In this document: positions 31,300 to 41,580 of the stretch, piece after piece | Numbering within the stretch: position 1 is the first letter of the stretch | How the letters are laid out: each line of letters starts with the position of its first letter | NCBI RefSeq assembly: GCF_036321535.1 | Contig: NC_087460.1 | Span: forward strand, 5,146,001 to 5,210,000 | Source of the DNA: Camelus dromedarius | Taxonomy: Eukaryota | Length of the DNA: 64,000 bases | Reading direction: 5' to 3' | Made by a program: the position numbers and the translations under genes | Notes under the pieces: model-generated | What the model was told of the DNA's origin: nothing | Seen by the model: only the letters and a program-made list of their open reading frames with translations | The model's database searches: none

Positions 31300-34230
31300 G
31301 GGGCTCAAATGGCGGGGTCACCGGAGTGTAGAAAGATGGCAGGGGTGTCCGAGGCTGGAGGGTGGTGGCCTCTTGGGCAGGGTGGGGACGCTGGCTGGTG
31401 TTGGCATCCAGGAGGAAGAAGGGCGATGAGGCAGGGGGGCAGGAGAAAGTGGCTGCACCTGCGGCTGGTGGCTGGAGGAGGCCGGGCCCAGACGGAGCCC
31501 CTGCCCGGGAGTCCAGCGTGCTGGGGCTGGGCCCCTGTCCCACCATCAGCTCCCTCCCTCCCGCCTTGAAGCCTCCTCTCAGCTGGTGGGGAGGTGAGTG
31601 TGGTTGTGGCAGGAGCAGAAGTAGCGGCCCAGATACTGGCCTGGGCTGGGACACTTGTCCTTGGCACGGTGGAGGCGGGGGTGCCTGCAGGATACAGTGA
31701 GAGATTCCAGTTCTGGAGCCCGGGTCGGGGCAACACTCCTCTCCATCCATCACCCCCAGACGTTTTACCTGCCTAGACAAGTAAAGATGCCCCTGCCATC
31801 TTGGACAGCCAAGGTGAGGCCGTACTGTCTGGAAATCTCCCGCACCAGTCATACCGTGGTGTAAATACAAGCACCGTGTGACCTCGGGTTGTGGGCGGTG
31901 GGGCCTCGTCCTTAACGGCAGCAGACAAGGCTTTGCATCCAGTTAACAGAATTTCAGTCAAGTGAAGATGCAGGCGATGATGAAAGCAGCGATAGCTAAC
32001 ATTCCTCAGTGCGTCCTCTCTCCCAGGTACTGCGCCGAGGACGTTGACCTAGAAACGTCACAGCATTCCTGGGGGAAGGAAGTGCTCTCGGTATTGCCTT
32101 GTGTGACCGGCACATGTGGCTCGTTTACTGAGGGTTAGCGGATAAGAGGTGGCTGTCTGACACCAGGGCCTGCTAACCTGACCTCTGGGTAACACTCTCC
32201 CCCAATTTTGGGTGCCATTTCGGTTCATCTAGAGCCTCTGAGGCAAGTGGTTAACCATGAACCCAATGGCCTGGCTCTGCTGGTGACCCTCTGCTTGGGC
32301 ATTGCCCATGGGGGACAGAATGGAAGCTCCTAGGGACACCCCTCTCTTAATGGCCAGACAGGGAGTGAGGGCAGGGGGAGGTGAGACTTGGGACTGGGTT
32401 GGCAGAGGGGGAGGCTGGAGCCTCACCCCCAGACAGATGGTGGGCCGGCAAGTCCTTGAGAAGCAGAGGTCCCCTGTTCCTGCTGGAAGGGTGAGTGTGG
32501 TGGCAGATCAGCTCCATCTCAGGCCCCTGGAACCTAAGTGGCCTCTGGTGAGGGTGGGTGTTCAGCATGGAGCACAGGAGCCCACAGAGCTGGCCCAGAG
32601 CCATCCGTTGGCTGAGATCTTGGGGCAAGGAGGAGGAGAGGGAGGGGGAGGAGGGGGAGGGCCTGGGAGGTGCTGGTCAGGCAGGGCTACTGCTTGAGGT
32701 CTTGGCTCCTATCTCTGTTTCCTTCTTTCTGCCCTCCACGCAAACCCAGCTTGGCTACATCAGTCCTTCACAGAGCCCTTTGATTTTCCCATCAAGTCCC
32801 CTCACCCACCACCCTTCCACCTCCTGCTGTACCTGCAGGGTCTCCCCCATCCCGCCTGCTCATAATCGTGGACACAGCTCTGGGGTGGCTCCAGGTCAGT
32901 CCTGGGGACCCTGATAGCAAGGGTGCTGTCATGACTGAGGGGGTTATGGTGGGGGAAGTTGGGGGAGACGTCCCAGAGAGCTGGGTGGTGGTCCTCAGGC
33001 TGGGCAGGAGCAGCACTCTCCAAAGGAGGAGGAAGAGCCCCTGGAAGGCCAGAGGGGAGGGGCAGCCACAGTCAGGGACAGCCTCACAGCCACATCTTCA
33101 TCCTCAGCCACATCAGGGACTGCAGGCCCCTCACTGACCTTTGGGGACTTAAGCCTAGACCAGATGGGGTTCTCACTTCTTAAGGAATAACATTTGGGTG
33201 GGGGAAAGGGGCCAGATCTCTGTTCTCTCTTGGGATCCTAGGATTTGCAGTGGCCTCCGAGGGTCCCTGGCTGTTACAGGATCAGCTCCTGTCTGGGATG
33301 ACTCTGTGCTTTGCAGGTGAGCAATTTCCCACCTCCGCCTTAGCTCCCCTTTCAACATGCAAGTCTGGGCACATGGGGTGGGGGCATGTGGGAGATGGTG
33401 GCGGAGGTGAGGGGGCCATTGGGGACGGATACATGGCCAGACTTGGTTGTTCCTGCCTTCTCTGGGGCTGCTACCAGAACGTGGAGTCCTTGGGCAGCAC
33501 GTGGTCCTCTGCTTCAGAGGACGCAGCCCTGCTCCTGACCTCCTGTCCAGGTTAGCTGGTTTCTTCTGAGCAGAGGGGTCTGGATTGGCCTAAAGACTCA
33601 AGGCTAAAGGGCCATTTGGAGCTCAGGCTGGAAGGTTGCTTGTGACCATTTGGTGCTACCTGGGCTGGCGGACTGCGAGGGGGTGGGGGCCCAGCACAGG
33701 GCTGGCTCAGAAGAGTGCGGTTGCTCCATCTCACGTGGAAATAACATTTTGGATTCGTCATCATCTCTCTGGGGTCTAAGACTCTGGACCACAAGGCCAA
33801 AGTTGGTCCTGGGATCACAGCTGTGTGTGCTTCGGGAAGGGCTGGGGTGGGACACACCCATTGGAGGCATTGCCCCCCCCCCCCCGCCTTTTCTTCCCTC
33901 ACAGGTCAGTGCCCCTGGTGGCCATCTCTTCCATTTGAGGATGAGTGGTGCAGCCTGATTTGAATGAAGGGTAGGGTCCTGTCAGGGTGGGCATGTGGGA
34001 TGGGAAGTGCGTGTGTGTGTGTTTGTGTGTGTGTGCGTGCGTGTGTCTGGGGTGAGGCAGGGACGGCAACTCCAGCAGGGTGCTGGAGGAGGGAGGACTG
34101 AAGTGGTGGGTCTCTGGCTCCCACTGCAGCGAGCAGTGCCCCCTGCAGCCCACAGGGGAACCGGCAGGCCCAGCTTCCCAAGTCTGGGTGGGTCCTGCTC
34201 CTGCCCCTTGGACATGCCCTGAAGCAGCTC
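31300..34230 (-). pseudogene. Decayed C1R/C1RL-family paralog (promoter and exon 1-5 homologs)
   Basis: Promoter 34136-34230 aligns with the C1R promoter. Exon-1 donor CT|GTGAGG at 33902. Exon-2 homolog 32856-33040 (LFLLLWRVL signal; CUB SPNFPHHNP..STLAIRVP..DLEPPQSCVHDYEQ). Exon-3 homolog 32427-32618 (192 nt vs 193; ISA..LGQLCG..QG..M.L...K..A). EGF relic YLGRYFCSC at 31609-31635. CUB2 relic SSLGHP at 31342-31359. Several frameshifts. Confidence 0.85.
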
Positions 34231-35501
34231 TGTCCTCCTCTAGTAATTTGTCTTCCTTTGGGGTCTCCAGGCTTCTTGCTGGATTCTGGCTCCTGGAGGG
34301 GAGCAGTCGAGTGGAGGATGTGGACCTGCAGGAGGGAGGGAGTGGTTGCTCATGTTAATGTCACACAAGTCTTGGGGGATTGAGGCCACTTTCCTTTGGG
34401 TCTGACAGTCACCTTGGAGGCTCATACGCACCCCAGTGAGGGGTGCTGGGCCGACCTGTGGAGCACAGAGGAGAGTCCTGTGGGGAGAGGCCTGGACATG
34501 CACTGCGAACTCAGAGTGGCTGGGAGCTCGTGGCTCGGCAAAGAGTGAACACACGTGGAGCACCTTCCTTTGGCCTTGCTGTACCTGGGAAGGGACAGGT
34601 CGGAGGTGGCAGTCCTCGGAGCTTCGGCTGGGCAGCTTTGCAGAGAGGCTGGGTGAGGAGGAAGAAGGCCTTCAGTTTCTGCTCTGAGCTCTTTTCCTGA
34701 CTCATCCCAGGGCACACGCTGGGATGAGAGCCGCAGTCCTAGTTCTTGGCCGGAGCCCCAGGGACCATGTCAAGTGCTCAGGCGCTGAGCCTCGGCAGGA
34801 GGAGGGGGCGCAGGCCAGGGGCTTTCCAGTCGTGCCCTCCCCTTCCCTGGCCGGTTGGTCCCCGCCCTCCCTTGGCCCTCTTCTCTCTGCTCTTGTCCCA
34901 CAGGACTTTTATTCTGAAAGAAGCAAGGCCCCTGGAGGTAGGGAGGGGACCAGAGGCTGCAGCTGGCCCTGGCCCTGAACAGGCCCTACCCTCATGGGCT
35001 GTTTTCTCGGGTAGCAACTCTGGGACCCCCCTGGGAGGGGCCGTGCTGTCTTCAGATCTCCCCCTTATCTTCTGTCCCCAGCCTTGCTGGACTTTAAGCA
35101 GAGGGTCCTAGAGGCCTGTTGCCTTTACACCTACTGTCACCTTCATACCTCCATGTCCCTCATCCTTTCAGCCCTTGACCTTGTAGCCTCCCTCTGCTTC
35201 CCTTGTCAGTCTGTCCTGGCCTTCTTGCTGCCTGTCCCTCCCAAAGCAGACATGGAGGCCAGGTCACTACCTAGAACTTCCCAGCCTCCCCCAGCCCCGG
35301 ATGAAGGTCTCCCTCTTCCCCAACACGTAGGACGCAAGCACATGACGGCCAGCGTTCGTTAGGTGTTGGTCAACGTGGCCTGCTGAGCTCTGTGCGGCTG
35401 GGACTGCGCTGTGGGTGGTTCTATGAAGCCCAAGGGATTTCTCAAGAAGAAGGACAAGGAAATGGACAAAAAGACTCTCCCAGGAGCTCCCGTTTAAATT
35501 C

Positions 35502-35507
35502 TTTAAT
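35502..35507 (-). terminator. Candidate RBP5 polyadenylation signal (ATTAAA)
   Basis: Minus-strand ATTAAA about 415 nt after the stop codon. Confidence 0.4.
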
Positions 35508-35921
35508 CTAGTCACACTTTTCCAAAAGGTCCCACAGGATAGAGTTTTCACTAATGTTCAAAGCTGAGTTCTTTCTTAGATGGAAAATAAGAGGCCAAAT
35601 GAATTAAAGAGAGTTGGGATCTGTTATTCTCAAGGGCCCTTTCCCTCCTTCCTTGCCTGTTTCTTTCATCCAGGAGGCCAGACCTCGGACTGGATACGAG
35701 GTCACTGCTGGGCAGTGGGGTGTGAGAAAGAAAGGACTTTGACTTGGGGGGATGCAAGTTACAGATTAACAAGGGGAGGGGGAGGAGGGACGCAGAGGGA
35801 GGGTAAGTGACCTGAGAAAGGGACTGCCGACCTGGGACCATCTGGGCTTGAAGGGGACACAGGCAAGGAGGGTCTGGGGACCGGTGTGGCCCTGGGTTCA
35901 GGACCCTTAGCTCCTCTCCGG

Positions 35922-38031
35922 CTATTTGACCTTCCTGAAGACCTGCTCGCACACTGCGTCCCTTGCAGTCATTTCCTGGGGACAGAGTAAAGGAATGATG
36001 AGGACGGAGAAAGAAGGTCCTTGCCAGCCGGAGCCTCTTTCTCAAGGGCCTTGACCTCCACTGAATCCTTCAGGATACACAGCTAGAGAGTTTGACTGTG
36101 GAGAATTGTTTCAAAGCCTCTACTTTCCGCCCGGGAGGAAGGAAGGTAGCTGGGCCAGGGAACTGAAGTGGCTCAGCCTGCACGTCTCCAGTTATGATTT
36201 ATGGACCTTCGTCTGACTTGGACCGGGGCTCACCTTGGCCACCCAACGTCCCCCCTCTCCACTTGTCCCAGGGCTTCCGTTTTCCTTCCTTGGTTGCCTT
36301 CCTTGGAGCCGGGGGGTGGGGGGGGTGGAGAGCAGTAGACTTACTTGCTTTGGGCAAGGGGCTGCATGCTAGCTGGAGGCCCCTCTCCCAGATGCACCCA
36401 TCTGTGCCTCCTCCCCTGCCCTCACCCAGCTCACCAGATACAATGTCTCTCCCTCCAGCCAGTGTCTCCAGCCCCGGTTGGGGACCTCCCCTTTCTGCAC
36501 ACATACCAGCTGCTCCTCCTCCCAGGTGACTATGGTCTGTGGGGAAAGCAGGAATAAAGGAAGACTGGGGGGGGGGGGCAGGACACCCCAAAGGCATCCA
36601 CCTCACTTTGGCTGGGCTGCCCAGCTCTTTGCACAGAGCAGATGCTGTCTTGCTCCAGCCCCTTCCTTCTGAGTGATGCAGCAGGACTCCCCTCCCTCGC
36701 TCCTAACGGCCACTGAGGGGGCCCACAGCTTGCGACAATGACCATTTGGGCAGAGAAGGGATGAATTGGGATAACCTGGGGGTAAAATTAGGGGCTGGGC
36801 CATGAAGAACAGAGAACTTTGTCCTCTGATACTTCTGGTTGAGCTGGAGGAGACTTTGGGAAAGAAGAGAGATTGCTTGCGAGCCAACCAGGGGATCTCT
36901 TTCCTCCTCTTTCTCAGTCTCAAGGGCAGCTAAAGTGTCCCTGAAAATGAAGGGCCTCCTTCCCCCACCATCAGAGCTGGGTGGGCCTGGGCATTCAGAC
37001 AACATCCCTCGCACGGGATAGACCCCACTGAGCAAGGAGCTCAGAATCTCGATCAGGTAGAGGAGCCGTCCATAGGTAGTTATGCACCAGGTAAGACTGC
37101 TGGGGCTGGGAGTGGGGAGGGAAGAGCTGAGTCTTCAAGGAAGCGAGGGGTTGATTAGATTAGAGATAACAGGAACTTTCTAGCAAGCAAAGAAACAGCA
37201 TAGTGGTAAGAAAGAAGGGCAGGCAGCTGTGAGGGCCTCTAACCCAGTGCCTATGTGGGGAGACCCTCAGATGCTGTGTGGAGTGTGAGGGCCTTATCTG
37301 GAATGTAATAGATGGTCACTGAAGGGGTGTGTAAGTCAAGGAATGATGTGGTCGCTTTCATATGTTAGACGGACCCTTGTGGCCACAGCAGGCAGAGTGG
37401 GTTAGAGGAAGGTTGACAACGGGGACCAGTTTTGGGCACCAGATGAGAAATGAGGGCTTGAATTAAAGTGGTGATAGTGAGAAAGTCTAGGAAGGAACAG
37501 GGGAGAGACGTGTAAACAAGCGATGTTCGATAGAAGAATAATGGTTTCTAAAAGCAAGCCACGTATATAACTAAAAAATTCTCTAGTAGCCACAGTACAA
37601 TAGTGAAAAGAAACAAGTGAAATTCATCTTAATAATATACTTTATTCAGCCTAAAATATCCACAATATTACAGTCTCAACAGTAATCAATATAAAAATTT
37701 CTGAGATATTTTATGCTCTTTTTTGGTATTGGCTTTAGAATGCTTAGTGTTAATTTTTTGGGGGGGACAATTAGATTTATTTATATATTTTTAATGGAGG
37801 TACTGGGGATTGGACCCAGGACCTTGTGCACGCTAAGCACACGCTCTACCCCTGAGCTATATTCTCCCCTCTGGTATTGTCTTCAACATCCTGTGTGCAT
37901 TTTACACTGATAGCATGTCTCAATTTGGACCAGTTACACTTCAAATGTTTAATATCTATATATAGCTAGTAGCTATCATATTGGACAGCACAGAAAAGTT
38001 ACAAACGCTTCTTGACCAATTACATGTGGTA

Positions 38032-38078
<47 letters not shown>

Positions 38079-39340
38079 TGCATACAGGTAAAGGAACACA
38101 AGGTATTGACTGTGACTCCCAGGCTTTGGTCTCCTGTTAGTTTTTGCCATTGATGGAGATGGTAAATATAAAAGCAGGAATGGGTTTGTGTAGGAAGATA
38201 ATGACTTTGGGTTTGACCTTGGAGCCTGCAGATGGAAAACATCTTGTAGGCAGCTGAAACTTCAGCCTGGAGCTCAAGAGGTACCTCTGGCTGGAGAATC
38301 CACGTCCAAGGGGCAGTTTATAGATGGTGACTGAACACAGGGGTGTAGATGATTTAGCCCATAGGTAGCATACAGAGAAAGAGAGTCAAGAATGAAATGC
38401 GAGGGAAAACCCGTGTTTAAGGGCTTAACTAAGGTCTACAAAGGAGACCAAAGGGGACAGGCAAGCAGCAGAAGGGACAGTGTGGGAGTGAAGTTACAGA
38501 GGCTGAGGGAAAAGAGACTCTGCGTCGCCCGCAGGGTCACAGGCTAGGGGGTGAGCGCAGGTTGGCTCGCTGGCCTGGGGGTGACCAGCCCTTTCTGCCT
38601 GTTTGGCTGGTGCTAAAAGGGTGCAGGGCAGAAGCAGGAGAGAGTGGGGCTGGGTGGGTTACACCAGGAGCCTGTTATCCTGGGGAACCCCAGCCTGCCC
38701 TGGTCATCACCTCTCTGGCTCTGGCTGGGAGACGTCCCTCTGTTCCGCCCCAAACTGTTAAGAGCCCCCTGCTCCTCCACACCCCATCCCCGCCAACCCG
38801 AGGAAAGGTACCTGGCATTTTCGTCCATCCACGACCTTTAGGTCTTCTTCAAACTCAACTCCCACCTCGAATTCCAGAACATAGTTTTGGAAGGTGCTGA
38901 GGGTCTTCACTGTCATGTGGTTGCCCTGATGCTCAATCTCCTTGTCCGGCTTGAGCAGCAGTGCGATCTTCCGCAGAGCCAGGCCGATGTCTGTGGGGGC
39001 TGTCTCTTAGCGAGGGACCTCTTAGCCAGCCGGCCAGGGGCTCCCCCACCTGCAGCCACACCTTGGGGCTGGGAGTGTCCCCTCAGCTGGGTTTACTTCC
39101 TCCTAGCAATGCCCCTGGCTAGAACAGAGCCCAAGTCAGGTGCTGCCCCCCAACCCCAGCCCTTCTACAGTGTCCAACCCCCACATCCCCCTCCTCAGTG
39201 GGACTGGAGGCAGGAAGGGAGAGGGGAGAAGGGGAGCGAAAGGGCTCGGGGAGGGGGAGAGCATTACTCAGGGCTTGTAGGTAGTCCTCCAAGTTCTTCT
39301 TCGAGACAAAGCGGTAGTAGCCAGTGAGGTTGGGAGGCAT
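35922..39340 (-). CDS. RBP5: Retinol-binding protein 5 (CRBP-III), 135 aa, intact
   Basis: join(complement): 39268-39340, 38812-38990, 36435-36536, 35922-35975 = 408 nt (73/179/102/54, the iLBP exon pattern). [58 protein letters not shown]...[30 protein letters not shown]. Confidence 0.98.
37525..37992. mobile_element. MER3/MER33-like hAT MITE split by a SINE
   Basis: AAATTCTCTAGTAGCCACA...AAAGAAACAAGTGAAATTCATCTTAATAATATACTTTATT..., resuming after the SINE with GTGTGCATTTTACACT..AGCATGTCTCAATTTGGAC...GCTAGTAGCTATCATATTGGACAGCACAG. Confidence 0.75.
37745..37869 (-). mobile_element. tRNA-Ala-derived SINE (Vic-1 type) nested in the MER3-like element
   Basis: ATGGAGGTACTGGGGATTGGACCCAGGACCTTGTGCACGCTAAGCACACGCTCTACCCCTGAGCTAT. 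Confidence 0.85.
38035..38077. repeat. (TG)n microsatellite
   Basis: About 21 uninterrupted TG units in RBP5 intron 2. Confidence 0.95.
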
Positions 39341-39489
39341 TGTCCAGGCTGGCCAGGACGGGGGTCACGACTCCAGGAGAATACAGGAGCTGGGGCGAGG
39401 GCAGAGGGGCGTTGTCTGACAAGCGGGGCTGGGAGACTCAGCCTCTTCACATACAGAGGCAGCTTGTGCAAAGGTCTGTGCTACCAGGG

Positions 39490-39497
39490 TTTTTATA
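39490..39497 (-). promoter_or_regulatory. RBP5 TATA box
   Basis: TATAAAAA on the minus strand about 150 nt upstream of the ATG. Confidence 0.65.
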
Positions 39498-40404
39498 GAC
39501 TGGGGCCCTGTTGCAGTAAGAGCTCCCACCAGACTCCCTCCCTCCCTCCACGATGAGTGTGAGGCTGGTGTCTGGAGCCCGAGAGAGGGGCAGGGACTTG
39601 GCAAGTTTGTGCCTGACCTTGGCTTTTCCTGAGGAAGGAACCTGGAGCAGGATCTGGGGCTGTCAGTCAGGTAAGACTTGAGCCTCTCCGGAGGGCAGTT
39701 TTGGCTTCTAGCCCATTTCTGGCAGACTTGGGAACCGTCCCAGAGCCCGAGGGGCAGGCACAGCAGGAGAGCGGGTCTTGCCGCGAGGCTCGAGGCTCAG
39801 GGTGGTGGTGGGGCTCTCCCAGGCTCGCCCAGGGGTGAGTTCTAACAGTATCCCGAGCTCCTGGGGCTAAGTCAGGGATCCTAAAAGGTACGAGGTGGAA
39901 GAGGTGGGGAAAGAAGGGGACAGCCAGCTGGCCCGGAGTCCCAGTGAGGGAAATTCCATGGCGCTGGCCCCCACAGCTCCCTGAGACAGCTCCTCTGAGC
40001 TGGGGCCCAACAATGGCCGGCGCTCCAGACTCTTTGTCCTACAGAGCGGTTAGGAAGGAAGCAGGGAAACTACAAAGGGGACTGTCAGCAGCCTGATGAT
40101 GAGGTGCTGAGTTCAAGGTCTGGAGCAGAAGGCGAGGGAGGAGTTTGGTTGGCTCTTCTGGAGAATTTTACACTCTCTGGCTCTGGACCCAGGGGCTTCC
40201 CCCTCCCTCTGGAGTCGCTGATGACACCATCCCTCACCCCCCAACCCCAGCCCTTGGATGGCAGGTGTGCCCAGATGTTTCCCCATGGAGGGGGTGTGAG
40301 CCTAAATCCTTGTGCTCCCCCATCTCTGCCCCCACACATTCTTCTCCGTCTCTCAAACCTACCAACTTCCCGGCTTCAGAATCAACCCGGTTGGTTCACC
40401 ATGA

Positions 40405-40539
40405 TTTTTTTCCTTTTTTTGGGGGGGGGGTTAGGTTTATTTATTTTTAATTTTTTTAAATTGGAGGCACTGGGGATTGAACCCAGGACCTGGTGCATGC
40501 TAAGCAAGCACTCTACCACTGAGCTACACCCTCCTCCCA
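40405..40539 (-). mobile_element. tRNA-Ala-derived SINE (Vic-1 type)
   Basis: GGAGGCACTGGGGATTGAACCCAGGACCTGGTGCATGCTAAGCAAGCACTCTACCACTGAGCTACACCCTCC. Confidence 0.85.
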
Positions 40540-40979
40540 CCATAGTTTAAGGTGGGAAATTTGGGGAAAGGGAGGCAGGGAGGGTAGGCAGTGGGAAAAA
40601 TCCCCCCCTGGTGGTGAACTGTCCCGACAGGTGTTTGTGTGTATGGGGTGAACACAAATATCTCCCTCCCTCTCCAGTCCCCTTCCTGCGGCCTTGCTGA
40701 CCACCCCATGGCTTCCTCAGAGACCTGGGTCTGGGAGCTGAAATGCAGCATCTCTCCGGGGGTCGGGCTGCGGGTTTTACTTCTAGCTTCCCTGGAGGCA
40801 CACAGCAGGGACTTGCTGATGGGATGGGCTGTGAAAAAAGGTTAATGCAGAGTTGGTGGCGGGGGTGGTGATGGTGGGGTGACGTGGATACTGTCCCTCC
40901 TCGCCTCTCTCAGGTCTCCACTGACGTCTCCTCTCCCCACCCCCGGGGTTCTAGCTTCTCGAGTCTCCCCGTTTCCCTC

Positions 40980-41580
40980 TGATTTCCCGCCCCCTCTACG
41001 GCTTTCCAGCTTCCTCCCCAACCCCCGCAGTTCCCTTGCTCCCCCAAACTGCGGTCGGGGGGGAAAAGCCCTAACACATCCTCCCGCCCCTGCTGCCCAG
41101 TCCCATTGGTTCCCTCCCCCCCTGCAGCACCTGGCCCCCCCCGTCACCCGATTGGCCAGCGGCCCCATCAATCCTCGCCTGGCTGTGCTGACGTCATCCT
41201 GCAGCAGCGGGGATGGGGTGGGAATGAGAGAGGGAGAGAGGACGCCGGGCTCCCGGGCGAAGGAGAAGAAGCCACTGCAAGGCCCCCACCTCGGCCACCC
41301 AGGCTGGGGTCTGCCCGGGTCTGCTCTATGGACTAGCGTGGGCGGCAGACTCCTTGCGGTCTCCGCCCTGCGCCCGCGCTCTCCCCTCCCCTCCGCGGAG
41401 CGCCCCTGCATCACCCCCCCAAGGTGGACGAAGCCGGCTCGAGGCTCCCGGGGGAGAGCGATCGGGCCCTGCCCCGCCCCGCCGGACCATGACCCGCCTG
41501 CTGTTGCCCCTCTTGCTGGCTTTCCTGCTCCCCTCGAGCTCCTGTAACAAAGGTGAGTGAGGTGGGGGTTGGGGGCGCTG
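40980..41580 (+). promoter_or_regulatory. CLSTN3 CpG-island promoter and 5'UTR
   Basis: High CpG density; inverted CCAAT boxes (ATTGG near 41104 and 41151); perfect CRE TGACGTCA at 41189-41196; GC boxes near 41472-41483. Confidence 0.75.

Noticed and set aside
33083-33115. ATG TGG CTG (MWL) repeats upstream of the relic exon 2 as a start
   Set aside because: Unspliced they stop after 9 codons; the adjacent GTGAGG donor would leave a 47-nt intron, too short to be credible.
40879-41547. 222-aa ORF over the CLSTN3 promoter as a separate gene
   Set aside because: Low-complexity product typical of a CpG island; only its downstream ATG is kept, as a possible uORF.
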